Shown: piece by piece, positions 18,060-27,985 of the stretch | Layout of the letters: every line of letters begins with the position of its first letter | How positions within the stretch are numbered: the stretch's first letter is position 1 | Source: Bacteroidia bacterium | GTDB lineage: Bacteria; Bacteroidota; Bacteroidia; NS11-12g; UBA9320 | Direction: 5' to 3' | NCBI GenBank assembly: GCA_965216465.1 | Contig: CBDCFW010000003.1 | Coordinates: forward strand, 32,001-96,000 | DNA: 64,000 nucleotides | Notes under the pieces: generated by a model | What the model saw: the letters and a program-made list of their open reading frames with translations, nothing else | Databases searched by the model: none | What the model was told of the DNA's origin: nothing | Position numbers and translations under genes: made by a program

Positions 18060-19742
18060 GTTTCTGTATAGCTTTTTAAGCTTTCCATTCCTTTTATAAG
18101 CAAAGTATTGGTCTGAATAGGCCATCCTAGCAAGCTCTGCATCATTTGGTAGTTTCATATATTGCACCTGATCTTTTTTAGGAGTTAATCGTACTTTATC
18201 TCCACCCTTAATTACAATATCTATTGGAAGCTTAAAGTTGTTTTCAGTCTTTGCCCAGCGGTAGTATATGCCATCATCAGCAAGTGTGTATTCCAATTCA
18301 GGAACATTTCTGTTGTATAAATACTGATCGAAAAACCAGCGAAGATCTTCACCGCACTTTTTATTCGCATAGGCTATAAAGTCTTCACTGTCAACTAAAT
18401 CGTATTTGTTTTCTTCGTAAAACCCACTTAGAATAGACCAAAACAGCGTGTCGTTATCGATGTAGCTTCGGAGTGTGTTTAGCATCCAGGCACCTTTGGT
18501 GTAAACATCACCATCTCGAAAATCAAAGTACCGGAGTCCTTCAGGACCGACTAATGGACGCTTATTCTTGATGGTAATACGGTACATCCATAGATAGTTG
18601 TCGTATGCATCTTTGCCCGATTTGTGCTCTACATACATGGCTTCGCTGTAAGTGGTTATGCCTTCTTGAAGCCATACATGAGCTAGGTCACGAGCAGTTA
18701 CAGAGTTTCCCCACCATTCGTGGCCGGTTTCGTGCAAAACGATGTAATCGAAGCCTTGGCCTTTGTTCTTGTATCCGCTACCATAGGCAATAGCACTTTG
18801 GTGTTCCATGCCTTCATAAGGTGCCTCTACCATACGATACACATCACGTTGCCAAGGGTAGTTTCCAAAAGTGGTTTCAAAGAAGTGTATTTGTTCTTTA
18901 GCTTGTTTGAAGTGTTTTCGTGCTTTTTTCTCGTTGTATGATAGCACATAATGGCTAATCTTCACCTTATTGCCTGAGGCACTTTGTAAGGTGTCGGTGA
19001 GCTCAACAAAGTCACCCACATATAGGGTTATGTTGTAGGTGTTAATGGGGTAGGATACGCGGTAACAGTAGGTCCAAGAATTGGGATTGTGTTGAATTTT
19101 GGTTTGCACGCCATTGGCAACTCCTACCAAACCTTTTGGAACGGTTAGGTGAATAATGGTCTCATCGGCTTCGTCGGAGGTGTGATCTTTACAGGGAAAC
19201 CAAAGGCTAGCACCATTGGTCTCGCAGGCAACACCTACCCATGGATTTTCATTTTCGTCTTCCTTCCAAACAAAGCCACCGTCCCAAGGTGGTTTTTTAG
19301 CCTTATTGGGTTGGCCTTTGTATTCTACCTTCAGCATAAAGTCGTGTGCAGCTGGAATTGTATTCTTAAAGATGACTTTTATCGCTCCGTAAGTTCGGTA
19401 ATAATGTACCGGGTTTGATTGGTTTTCATTCGTGATTGACACCAATTCCATGTTTTCATAAAGGTCAATTTGAATGGTGTCGGTTTCTGTAATGGTAGTT
19501 GCGTGAATTTCAACACTTCCTGCAATCGCTTGAGTTTCAGGAAGAACTTCAAGGTCGAGCTTGTATTTAGTTACGTCGTAGCATGACTTGTGGTTGTTAA
19601 GCTCTCCAAGCAAGAGAAGCTTCTCAGTTTTTTTAGGGTATTTGCCTGCAATTTTGGCATTCTTGACCCTAAAATCGATGGCACAGCTAGAAAACAGCAA
19701 TGCAGTTGCCAGGATAAGGTTAGTTAGTTTAAAGGTTTTCAT
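18018..19742 (-). CDS. M1-family aminopeptidase (lipoprotein)
   Basis: GMEHQS; HETGH-18x-E zinc motif; VYTKG; lipobox FSSC. Confidence 0.92.
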   Translation of the reverse strand: MKTFKLTNLILATALLFSSCAIDFRVKNAKIAGKYPKKTEKLLLLGELNNHKSCYDVTKYKLDLEVLPETQAIAGSVEIHATTITETDTIQIDLYENMELVSITNENQSNPVHYYRTYGAIKVIFKNTIPAAHDFMLKVEYKGQPNKAKKPPWDGGFVWKEDENENPWVGVACETNGASLWFPCKDHTSDEADETIIHLTVPKGLVGVANGVQTKIQHNPNSWTYCYRVSYPINTYNITLYVGDFVELTDTLQSASGNKVKISHYVLSYNEKKARKHFKQAKEQIHFFETTFGNYPWQRDVYRMVEAPYEGMEHQSAIAYGSGYKNKGQGFDYIVLHETGHEWWGNSVTARDLAHVWLQEGITTYSEAMYVEHKSGKDAYDNYLWMYRITIKNKRPLVGPEGLRYFDFRDGDVYTKGAWMLNTLRSYIDNDTLFWSILSGFYEENKYDLVDSEDFIAYANKKCGEDLRWFFDQYLYNRNVPELEYTLADDGIYYRWAKTENNFKLPIDIVIKGGDKVRLTPKKDQVQYMKLPNDAELARMAYSDQYFAYKRNGKLKKLYRNSDLEETITDSVNN

Positions 19743-19842
19743 GTTCAACGAATATAAAGTTTATCGAGAAAATGAAGGCAAACATATTCACATGCGTAGT
19801 CCAAAAGAGTGGTATATTTGTTTGACCATAAAGAAAGAAAAT

Positions 19843-20340
19843 ATGCTTAGCGAAACAATAAATAGAAAACTACAAGAACAAGTAAAAATGGAAGCCTTTT
19901 CGTCGCAGTCTTACTTAGCAATGGCCTGCTGGGCTGATGCTAATGGATTTGAAGGAGCAGCTTCATTTTTGTATGCACACTCTGACGAGGAAAGAATGCA
20001 CATGCTGAAATTGGTGAAGTACATCAATGAGCGAGGAAGTCAGACCATTATTTCTGGGTTGGATGCTCCTGCAAGTGAATATGAGTCATTGAAACAGGTA
20101 TTTCAAACGGTGCTTGACCATGAGATCAAGGTGACTAAAAGCATTAATGACATTATCGACGCGTGTGTTCTGGAGAAAGATCACATTACGAACAACTTCA
20201 TGCAGTGGTATGTATCGGAGCAGATGGAAGAGGAGATGCTTGCTCGCCAACTGATTGATAAGTTAAACATCATCAACGACGACCCAACAGGCTTGTACAT
20301 CTTCGATCGCGAGTTGACGGGTAATATTCCGAAGGAGTAG
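19843..20340 (+). CDS. ftnA: Non-heme ferritin
   Basis: Start reassigned to ATG 19843 after TATATTTG; EAFSSQSYL, DEERMHM, HE, QWYVSEQMEEE ferroxidase residues. Confidence 0.92.
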   Translation: MLSETINRKLQEQVKMEAFSSQSYLAMACWADANGFEGAASFLYAHSDEERMHMLKLVKYINERGSQTIISGLDAPASEYESLKQVFQTVLDHEIKVTKSINDIIDACVLEKDHITNNFMQWYVSEQMEEEMLARQLIDKLNIINDDPTGLYIFDRELTGNIPKE

Positions 20341-20376
20341 GTGGAGATAGGTTAAACCGCGCTTAACTGTTAATAG

Positions 20377-20655
20377 ATGATTTCTGAAGAAGAGCTAATT
20401 AACATTGAAAATATCTGGAAGAATACGTCTCCTGGGCCTTGGAAAGCGTTTATTGAAGGTCGAGATCATGATTCAGGTTCAGATTTTATTATGACCGGAC
20501 CAGAGGGCTCAAGAGGTGAAGATTTGGAGATTTATGGAGGCAGAAAAGATGACTATGATTTTATCGCGAATGCTAAACAAGATATTCCAAGACTGATTGC
20601 AGAAATCCGAAGATTACGCCGGTTGATAGAAGAATTGGATTCTACTTTACGTTAG
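20377..20655 (+). CDS. Hypothetical protein, loosely phage Ead/Ea22-like
   Basis: TSPGPW...DFIANAKQDIPRLIAEI pattern. Confidence 0.55.
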   Translation: MISEEELINIENIWKNTSPGPWKAFIEGRDHDSGSDFIMTGPEGSRGEDLEIYGGRKDDYDFIANAKQDIPRLIAEIRRLRRLIEELDSTLR

Positions 20656-20696
20656 TTTGTGAAAGAATTTTGCTATTGGCATCTACTATTGAAAGC

Positions 20697-20987
20697 TCAT
20701 GAGTCAATAGAATTATTGTTTTGGTCTTGGTAAAAATCATCAGAAAAGCTGCCATTGTAGTAATCGGACTTCATAAGGTTCATGAGGTCTGTTCCGCAAT
20801 ACGGGCAGAATCTAATTAACATCAAAATTGGTGAATTATGTCCCATTGCTATACCAGAAGAAATGACCACTCTGCTAGGAATATTATCTTTATCTGAACT
20901 TTTTAACACTTTGATGTTGAAGGTGTTGTGTTTGCTGGTGCCAATCATTCCCTCAAAATTCTCACAGCAAAAATTGTAGACTTTCAT
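20697..20987 (-). CDS. Small Cys-motif hypothetical protein (CC...CPYCG)
   Basis: FCCENF and IRFCPYCG; TAAATTTG just upstream. Confidence 0.6.
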   Translation of the reverse strand: MKVYNFCCENFEGMIGTSKHNTFNIKVLKSSDKDNIPSRVVISSGIAMGHNSPILMLIRFCPYCGTDLMNLMKSDYYNGSFSDDFYQDQNNNSIDS

Positions 20988-21178
20988 AGATTTCAAATTT
21001 ATAACGATTGCTTTTGTATGCTAAATTGATGTTTTGATTTTCTTATACAATTGATATACAATTTCCTGTTGATGATCAACAGGAAAAGTACTTTTTCTTT
21101 GGTAATGGAGGTTTGGTTGATAAAGAGACTTTTCCTATATTTTGAAATTCTTTAGAAGGAACCAAAAAAAAAAAGATT

Positions 21179-21541
21179 TTGCATTTGCCTAAAAACACTG
21201 AAGATAAAGAATTTATTCGTTCTGCGAATGAATATACCACAGAAGAAATCGTTAATAATGCAATGGAGTTGCTCGAATGGGCACAAGATGCGCACTGGGG
21301 TGTATTTCCGAAAGTCATTGAAATGTTGCTTCCCTGCTTAGATAATATTCAAGCTGAAATTTTTAAAGTGGTTTCTGGCAGTGACAAAGAGTGGGCTTAT
21401 ACTGTTTTGGTTTATTTGTTTGATATTCCTCCAAAGGATATAAGCGAAGACTATATAAAATTTTTCAAGTCTCGTTTAGCCATTGAACAAGACGCTAACA
21501 TTCGTGAATTATTATCGAACTTATTAAACAAGCAAGCGTAA
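21179..21541 (+). CDS. DUF5071-like protein
   Basis: LLEWAQDAHW...D.EW.Y pattern; start uncertain (follows an A11 run). Confidence 0.55.
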   Translation: MHLPKNTEDKEFIRSANEYTTEEIVNNAMELLEWAQDAHWGVFPKVIEMLLPCLDNIQAEIFKVVSGSDKEWAYTVLVYLFDIPPKDISEDYIKFFKSRLAIEQDANIRELLSNLLNKQA

Positions 21542-21550
21542 TATTGCATT

Positions 21551-22291
21551 GTGCTTGGCCGTGAATATCAATCCAATAAGAAATTAATGATAGACGCCGT
21601 CGTATTCTATACGATGGCCTATACTTCTGGTCTTCAAAACCTCATGATGAGAAAAGGAACTAAGTTTAAACTTAGCGCTTGGAGCGAACCTGAGGATGAT
21701 CCTTTGCAAATTTGGATTGCAAATGAAGATTTATTTGTGGAAGATAATGTAGAGCTGAAATCATATGTTGATTCTCCAAAATATGATGGTTTCTGCGGGA
21801 TGATTCGTAAAGCTGACCTAATGTCGAATTGTAGCGATCTTACGGATTTTTCTAATGCGGTTTATTTTTATTCTTCTCAAGAAGAAAATGGCTACTTATC
21901 TAATTTCTCATATCACGGTTTTACACTTGATGAAAAGTATTACAAGACAGTAGAACATTTCTTTCAAGCTCAAAAGTTTGAAGATGAAGCCATGGTAAAA
22001 CGGATTATTGATGCTGAATCCCCTAAGAAGGCTTCTGAACTAGGAAGGTCGCGATCAGCCAAGCTCAGGGCGGATTGGGAAGAGGTCAAAACTGACTTGA
22101 TGCAAAGGGCTGTGATGGCTAAGTTCGAACAACACAAAAATTTAAAATCGATGCTTTTGGAGACTGGGGATCGGTTTATCATTGAGAATTCTCCATTTGA
22201 TGAGTTTTGGGGAATTGGAAAATTAGGAAATGGACATAACCAGTTGGGCTTTGTTTTAATGCGTGTCAGAGAACTGCTACGTCAAAATTAA
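21551..22291 (+). CDS. NADAR (YbiA-like) domain protein with N-terminal extension
   Basis: YLSNFS, TVEHFFQAQKF, DWEEVK, AKFEQH, LLETG, D.FWG, G.NQLG..LM.VR; start uncertain. Confidence 0.85.
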   Translation: MLGREYQSNKKLMIDAVVFYTMAYTSGLQNLMMRKGTKFKLSAWSEPEDDPLQIWIANEDLFVEDNVELKSYVDSPKYDGFCGMIRKADLMSNCSDLTDFSNAVYFYSSQEENGYLSNFSYHGFTLDEKYYKTVEHFFQAQKFEDEAMVKRIIDAESPKKASELGRSRSAKLRADWEEVKTDLMQRAVMAKFEQHKNLKSMLLETGDRFIIENSPFDEFWGIGKLGNGHNQLGFVLMRVRELLRQN

Positions 22292-22349
22292 AATGATCGC
22301 TATGGTATTAGATTAGGCCACCCAGCTGACCTTCAATCATTTTTAAAGG

Positions 22350-23234
22350 CTATTTCTCTACTTTTCTTGTCAAGGTGTATTGATAACGGTTTGTCATCTT
22401 GCTTACCTCAAAATATAAATAATCCTGTGCTGAAGAATCTACATTAAAGAAATAGTGTGTCGAATCAATGGAATTATATATACTGCCATATTCTGTGCTT
22501 TCAAAATTTATGAAATAGTCTCCACTAAGCCCTACTGAACTTTCGAATTGTATTTTAGTCGAGTCTATTATTAGGGTGATGGTGTCTCTAATTTGAAGAC
22601 TGTCGGTGTCAAGTTTTTCTACACGTCCATTCCAAACCCCAATCAATTCTTTTCGCATCTCTTTACCTTTTTCTCTTGCGTGTTTATACCGGTAAACTTC
22701 AATGTAAGGTAGCTTAAAGAAGGAAATCTTGATAAACATAACAAGCATTGCGATAATTCCAACCTTGATATATTTAAAACGCTTAATGCTCAGCAAGCTA
22801 AAGATTAGATACAAGCGAAGAACGATTGAGCCTAAATCAAATAGGACAATGAGGCCATCAGTAGCCCCACCAAATCCAATCGCATAGCCTCCTTTTACAA
22901 TCATCAATTTCGCAATCCAGTAAATGGTTTCGGTTGAGAGTAAAAAGATTTTTATGCTCTTACGATTTGAAAGTAAACCACTTAATAGCAGAATAAAGGA
23001 GATGGAAGAGTATAGAATATTCTGGTTTTCAAGAATAGGCTCATGAAAAACGATACAACCTCCAGCTTGCGTGTAGTCTAACCTAAATAGAAATCCAATA
23101 AGCGTTAGAGCCAATAAAAGCTTAAAGATGTTGTTGTCATTTATTGGAAACCATTTGTTGTTCTTGCCTATCTTTTTATGGAAAAGAAACAAGACTGTAA
23201 AAAGCAATATTGAACAAATAATGAGAGTTCCCAT
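22350..23234 (-). CDS. Hypothetical membrane protein with soluble C-terminal domain
   Basis: About 6 hydrophobic segments; TATATTTG just upstream of the ATG. Confidence 0.7.
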   Translation of the reverse strand: MGTLIICSILLFTVLFLFHKKIGKNNKWFPINDNNIFKLLLALTLIGFLFRLDYTQAGGCIVFHEPILENQNILYSSISFILLLSGLLSNRKSIKIFLLSTETIYWIAKLMIVKGGYAIGFGGATDGLIVLFDLGSIVLRLYLIFSLLSIKRFKYIKVGIIAMLVMFIKISFFKLPYIEVYRYKHAREKGKEMRKELIGVWNGRVEKLDTDSLQIRDTITLIIDSTKIQFESSVGLSGDYFINFESTEYGSIYNSIDSTHYFFNVDSSAQDYLYFEVSKMTNRYQYTLTRKVEK

Positions 23235-23290
23235 TTTCACAAATATATTTGTTCTAAGCTTCTCACTCAGCTAATGCTGTGTTGCTTTGT

Positions 23291-24007
23291 CTATGAAAGG
23301 GGATTTGTTGCAACATCCCGCTCTCTTATATTCTCGCTGGTAAAAATCTTATGAAGGTAGTTTCCTAAAGGAATGCTGTCGGTTTTAAATTCGTTGTCTT
23401 TATCGCCATTGTAATTGGCATCTCCAGAAATTGTGTATCTGTAAATCACATTGATGTATGAGTCTTCCTTAATACTAGACTTTTTTATTAAGAGATAACT
23501 CGTATTGCTGGTTGCATCAGAATCAAAGCTCTTGATATAAACATTTGAATTAAACTTAAAATAATCAATAGGAAAGCTGTTTGAGTGAATGAGCAAACGC
23601 ACCAAGTTTGAGTTGTAGGTGTTGGTGTCAATTGTTACGACTACGGATGAAAGTTGATTGATATCTAAACTATCCTTAGAAATTGTGCTTGAACAGCATT
23701 TAGATCCCTTTGGTATGTGAGTCATAAATTTACGGCCATTGCTGTACCAGATAACCTCCTTAATACAAAGATGCTCATCTATCATTAACCATTTACCTAT
23801 TTTCTTATCTGTACCTTGTTCGGTATATCCAATCTCCATTGCACCACTGCTGGTATACAACACATTCTTAATAAGGGTGGTAGAATCTGAATGTATTTTA
23901 AAAGACCCATTAAAACTTGGACCAAGTTCAATTGTAGAGTCAGCCATGTTTGTCAGACAACTTTGAAAAATCAAGATGCAAAATAGAGATAAGTAGGTCG
24001 CTTTCAT
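23291..24007 (-). CDS. Hypothetical lipoprotein
   Basis: Start reassigned to MKATYLSLFCILIFQSC (lipobox). Confidence 0.65.
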   Translation of the reverse strand: MKATYLSLFCILIFQSCLTNMADSTIELGPSFNGSFKIHSDSTTLIKNVLYTSSGAMEIGYTEQGTDKKIGKWLMIDEHLCIKEVIWYSNGRKFMTHIPKGSKCCSSTISKDSLDINQLSSVVVTIDTNTYNSNLVRLLIHSNSFPIDYFKFNSNVYIKSFDSDATSNTSYLLIKKSSIKEDSYINVIYRYTISGDANYNGDKDNEFKTDSIPLGNYLHKIFTSENIRERDVATNPLS

Positions 24008-24053
24008 TTTTAATGTTGGTTTAGTTTCACCTTGTCTTGTAAATTTAATTTTC

Positions 24054-24668
24054 TTATAAGTTGTTAATCCATAAGTCTTTATACTCTGATTTGTATTGGG
24101 TGTCATTTTTAAATTTAGCAAATAACTCATATAGTCCTTCTCCAGTCGATTCATCTTTCATTTGGATGATTATATCTGGATGAGTTTTGTTAATCCATTC
24201 ATAAAACTTTGCTACTATCCTAAATTGTATGTTTTCGCATTTTAGATACGATTTTGAAAAATTGTCAAGCGTATCTGCTATAATACTGCAAATCTTATCA
24301 CCCTCAAATTTGTAATTATATTGATACGGAACGCGTGAACAGGCAAATTCGCTGAATATGTTTGATTGATCCTCCACGGTTAAAACATTTCCATTTCTTA
24401 AAGCTTCACTACTTACGATTACTGATTTGGCATTGATTGACATGGCAAATTGAATTTGTCCTCTAAATGTTAGCTTATCTAGCTTTTCATCGCCCTCAAC
24501 AACAATTGAGTCAGTTATAAGGCTCATTATGGTGTTGATGTCTTTGGCATTTAAAGCTTGGTTGTACTGATGTACAATTTCTAATCTATTTTCAGAGTCC
24601 TCAGAACATTGATAAAGAAAGGTAGCCAAGATAGCAAGTGTCATAAATTTTAAGAGCTTCATATTCAT
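24054..24668 (-). CDS. Lipoprotein with NTF2/SnoaL-like domain
   Basis: Lipobox LYQC; IVHQYNQALNAKDINTIMSLITD...FEGDKI. Confidence 0.65.
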   Translation of the reverse strand: MNMKLLKFMTLAILATFLYQCSEDSENRLEIVHQYNQALNAKDINTIMSLITDSIVVEGDEKLDKLTFRGQIQFAMSINAKSVIVSSEALRNGNVLTVEDQSNIFSEFACSRVPYQYNYKFEGDKICSIIADTLDNFSKSYLKCENIQFRIVAKFYEWINKTHPDIIIQMKDESTGEGLYELFAKFKNDTQYKSEYKDLWINNL

Positions 24669-24717
24669 TAAGTTTCAAATGTAATTATAATTAATATGGA
24701 ACTTAAAACGTCATTCT

Positions 24718-25167
24718 TCATTCTGCTAAACTATAAACATCCATTCGGTAATACCAATTTTCATTAATGTGTTGACAAGACTCAAAACCATGAAAATCTT
24801 TGAGATAGAGACTGTCTTTGCTTGAGTAGATGAGGTACTCAACAGTTCTCTTAGTCAGTGGACTTCCAGTCTCTTTAATAAATGTTACGGTAGAATCTGA
24901 AGTGTATTCTAGTCTTTCAATATTTCTTGACCTTAAGAAAGCTTTTTGTTCTTGATTTAACTCAGGTGATACGTTTGGTGTTGGATACTTGTTGTAAATA
25001 AGAAGATGGTCGGATGAAGTGTCGTTAATCAATTTCTGATGGTTTTGAATCAGATACTTTACAAGGGCATTGTATTGACTTTGATGACTAGAATATTCAT
25101 CCTCCATGCTTGAGTTGCAAGCTACCAAACAGAAAGTTAAAACAGCATAAAAAAATCCTTTCTTCAT
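24718..25167 (-). CDS. Hypothetical lipoprotein
   Basis: Lipobox LVAC; LIYS...INENWYY C-terminus. Confidence 0.7.
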   Translation of the reverse strand: MKKGFFYAVLTFCLVACNSSMEDEYSSHQSQYNALVKYLIQNHQKLINDTSSDHLLIYNKYPTPNVSPELNQEQKAFLRSRNIERLEYTSDSTVTFIKETGSPLTKRTVEYLIYSSKDSLYLKDFHGFESCQHINENWYYRMDVYSLAE

Positions 25168-25174
25168 TTCAGAA

Positions 25175-25465
25175 TTAAAATAAACTCATCAGTGCCAAAA
25201 GTAATATTACCACATTGAATAGCACCACAACCCACTTGAAACGATACCATTTGGTAAACAAAGCTACTTGAAGTGCGACAAATGACAGGATCGCTATTAC
25301 CAACCGAATGGTTCGGTTTAGAGCAATTTCGCGTTCAATTCTTTCTAAAGAATCATGGTCAATTATTTCAACGGATTCTGTGGCGGTAGGGGGATTGTAA
25401 ATGTATGCTACAAGTACCACGATTGCTGCAGAAATAAGGAGGTGTAGGTTTCTTGTGCGGTACAT
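25175..25465 (-). CDS. Small 3-TM hypothetical protein
   Basis: Three hydrophobic segments; TACTTTGG upstream. Confidence 0.55.
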   Translation of the reverse strand: MYRTRNLHLLISAAIVVLVAYIYNPPTATESVEIIDHDSLERIEREIALNRTIRLVIAILSFVALQVALFTKWYRFKWVVVLFNVVILLLALMSLF

Positions 25466-25552
25466 GTGTGCCAAAGTAAAGAGAATAGCGATAACAAAAA
25501 AAGACCGAATTCAATTTTTGAAAGTTAAGAATGCCGTATTATCTTGGCACTC

Positions 25553-26007
25553 ATGGCTATAATTCTTGGTGAAGCTCAATGTGTAGCGTGCTCTAAGCCA
25601 ATCTCAGAAAATGATTTGGTGATGTTTCCAGCATTTACAGGTAACACACTAGACCTTTCTATCAACTTTCTGATGGAGCAGCTCATCGTTCATGTCTAAA
25701 GAAATTTGAGAATGCGCGAGTTATTATGGATCTTATTGCCGACGATACGCCATTGCCGCCCTCAAAACAAAACTGTGTTGTGGATGGGAAGACGTTCACA
25801 TCATTGGACGAGTATATCAATTTTGGTCTAATTACTTCGGATAAGAGCGAGCCACTCTACGCCTATAATTTCACCACAATCAAACGGCAAAATGTAAGTC
25901 GTTGGGATGACCTTGAGAATTTTGTTGAGATGTTAAAAGATTTGATTATTCGTAAAAAGTATTTGGCTAATGGCGATGGTATTCTGGGGGTGTTGAAAGG
26001 TGTCTAA
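25553..26007 (+). pseudogene. Frameshifted Cys/His-motif hypothetical protein (likely sequence error)
   Basis: MAIILGEAQCVACSK...NTLD joins PFYQLSDGAAHRSCL...MDLIADD if one C is added at 25654-25655. Confidence 0.6.
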
Positions 26008-26352
26008 GGTTAAGAAAGTTTGACAAGTTGAAGATTACTGATAACTCCTCTTTAGGCTTGAATATGTCTACTTACATCAGCAAGATTACTATCCTTTTGG
26101 GATGCACATCCAAAACGGATAGCTTTTAAATTCAATGCAATGCTAAAAACTGTAATTAAGAAGTAATTTCACCCTAATTATATGGTGATTTCAAAAACCT
26201 GCTTTTCCACCTTATGATTCAAATTCCTCAACGTCCCCTTAGTGCAACGGGAGAGGTTGAGGGAGTTGAGAAAAAAATCGGTTCAGCTACCTTATGCACA
26301 CAATTAGAACGGTGCACCATTGTTAATAATTGGTAGACCGTATTGGTTAAAG

Positions 26353-26628
26353 TCAAGAAATAAAAGTTGCTAGTACTCCTAATGTTAGCAATACAATTGC
26401 AACTTCAAGTGCAATTTTTGTACGTTTGGAATATTGAGATTTTCTTATAAATAAATCAATCAACCATAGAAAAATCCCTAAAGCTATGTACACGTGAACG
26501 AGGTAAGTTGCCCAAGCTCCCATTACTATTTCTATTAGCATCCAAAGCCCATAGAGCACTAGCAGTAAAGATAATAATGAAAGTGGGGATTGATAGAATT
26601 TCCTGTAATCGTTAAGCTTTCTTTTCAT
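26353..26628 (-). CDS. Small 3-TM hypothetical protein
   Basis: Three hydrophobic segments. Confidence 0.6.
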   Translation of the reverse strand: MKRKLNDYRKFYQSPLSLLSLLLVLYGLWMLIEIVMGAWATYLVHVYIALGIFLWLIDLFIRKSQYSKRTKIALEVAIVLLTLGVLATFIS

Positions 26629-27033
26629 ATTCTATGATTCTGGAGCGTTTTTTATTTCAATAAAGTCAATTCGCACCCAAAATGGAACGGTAATGTGCAA
26701 ATATATTCCATGTTTTACGCTCAACATTCGATTTATTCCCAGTTTGTTCGTTGAGGTCGCAGATTGCGTAGTTCTAATGTAGTAGCTGGAGGTTGTACTG
26801 CCGAAACCTCAATAGATTAGGTAGTTTATATTGACTTAGGTCCATTGAAATTGCGGTAGCTTAGACGAAATGTTGATATCTACAGATCTAACGTTCGGTT
26901 TGTTCAACGTTACAACAGAGGCTCTTAATTGCTGTCAATAGAGTTTTAGTCTTACATATGCATAAAACAGAATATATTAAGTCTATGAAAGCGTGTCATT
27001 AAAGTGTAGGCCCTCAGTCGGAACAATATAACT

Positions 27034-27068
27034 AAAAAAGCCTGCCAATCTTCTGATTAACAGGCTTT
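27034..27068 (-). terminator. Intrinsic terminator after the tRNA pair
   Basis: GCCTG/CAGGC stem with U6 tail on the minus strand. Confidence 0.75.
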
Positions 27069-27084
27069 AATGATTTAACTCATG

Positions 27085-27168
27085 TGCTCCGGGCGGGACT
27101 TGAACCCGCACGGCCCAAAGGCCACAGGATTTTAAGTCCTGCGTGTCTACCAATTCCACCACCAGAGC
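27085..27168 (-). tRNA. tRNA-Leu(TAA)
   Basis: GCTCTGG acceptor, GGAATTGGTAGAC D-arm, CT-TAA-AA loop, long variable arm, GGTTCAAGTCC. Confidence 0.96.
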
Positions 27169-27221
27169 CTCTCCGGACCGTAAGCGTCCGGAAATAAAAA
27201 AAGGGGAACCCCCTTTTTTAG

Positions 27222-27294
27222 AGCGAAAGACGAGATTCGAACTCGCGACCCTCACCTTGGCAAGGTGATGCTCTACCAGCTGAGCTACTTTCGC
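27222..27294 (-). tRNA. tRNA-Gly(GCC)
   Basis: GCGAAAG acceptor, AGCTCAGCTGGTAGAGC, TT-GCC-AA loop, GTTCGAATC. Confidence 0.96.
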
Positions 27295-27376
27295 TTATTG
27301 GTTATTTAAAGAACGTTTTTTCCTTTAAAAGCGGGTGCAAAAATAATAGGTTAATCAACTATTGCAAACCTAGCTT

Positions 27377-27985
27377 TTAATTATTTTTAATAAATTTTAT
27401 AAAATACTCCGAACCCTGTCGCGGTCCAATACTATTTCTGCAGTCTTCCAACTTTGCAATATCAAATTTGCCCTCAAAAAGACGACGGTATTCCGCTTCA
27501 CTTCCCCCAAAAGGAGGGCCATCAAACTTCTCAAAATTAAACATCACCCCAGCCAGTATACCTCCCGGTTTAAGCACCTCCGACATCTTCTTTACATATT
27601 CGGGACGCAGTTTGGGATCTAAAGCACAGAAAAAAGTTTGCTCCAATATTAAATCAAATTGCTGATCTAGCTTAAAGAAGTCGCCCACTAAGTAATGATC
27701 TTCAGGGAAATCCTCAACTCGGTTTAAGAAATTACCTTTAGCTAAGTTCGATAAATCCATGCCGTAAACTTGCTTGTATCCCTTCTTCCATAAATCTTCC
27801 ATCTCGTAGCCGTTACCGAGTCCAGGAATTAAAATTTTAGCGTCTTTTGACACGCCAGATAATACGAATTCAATTAAAGCAGGATTTGAGTAACCGATGT
27901 CCCAACCCGTTTGCTCGGTCTCATAACGTTGATTCCAGTAGTCTGCGTTTAACTTAGTGATCAACTCCACCTTTTTTTGGTCCAT
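27377..27985 (-). CDS. TPMT-family SAM-dependent methyltransferase
   Basis: YW..RY...TGWDIG, LIPGLGNGYE, EQTFFCALDP, GPPFGG. Confidence 0.88.
   Translation of the reverse strand: MDQKKVELITKLNADYWNQRYETEQTGWDIGYSNPALIEFVLSGVSKDAKILIPGLGNGYEMEDLWKKGYKQVYGMDLSNLAKGNFLNRVEDFPEDHYLVGDFFKLDQQFDLILEQTFFCALDPKLRPEYVKKMSEVLKPGGILAGVMFNFEKFDGPPFGGSEAEYRRLFEGKFDIAKLEDCRNSIGPRQGSEYFIKFIKNN

Noticed and set aside
19588-19842. N-terminal extension of ferritin in the ORF track
   Set aside because: Overlaps the divergent M1 peptidase start; the promoter TATATTTG and ATG 19843 give a normal 165-aa ferritin
21164-21174. A11 run ahead of the DUF5071-like gene as a phase-variation switch
   Set aside because: No convincing upstream start was found for it to shift, and homopolymer lengths in this sequence look unreliable
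20340-27085. tRNA-Leu-integrated element or integron cassette array
   Set aside because: No integrase, no duplicated tRNA 3' end and no recurring attC-like repeat seen; hairpins near 26226-26262 and 26751-26812 are unrelated to each other
27067-27255. 62-aa ORF
   Set aside because: Reads through the two tRNA genes; spurious
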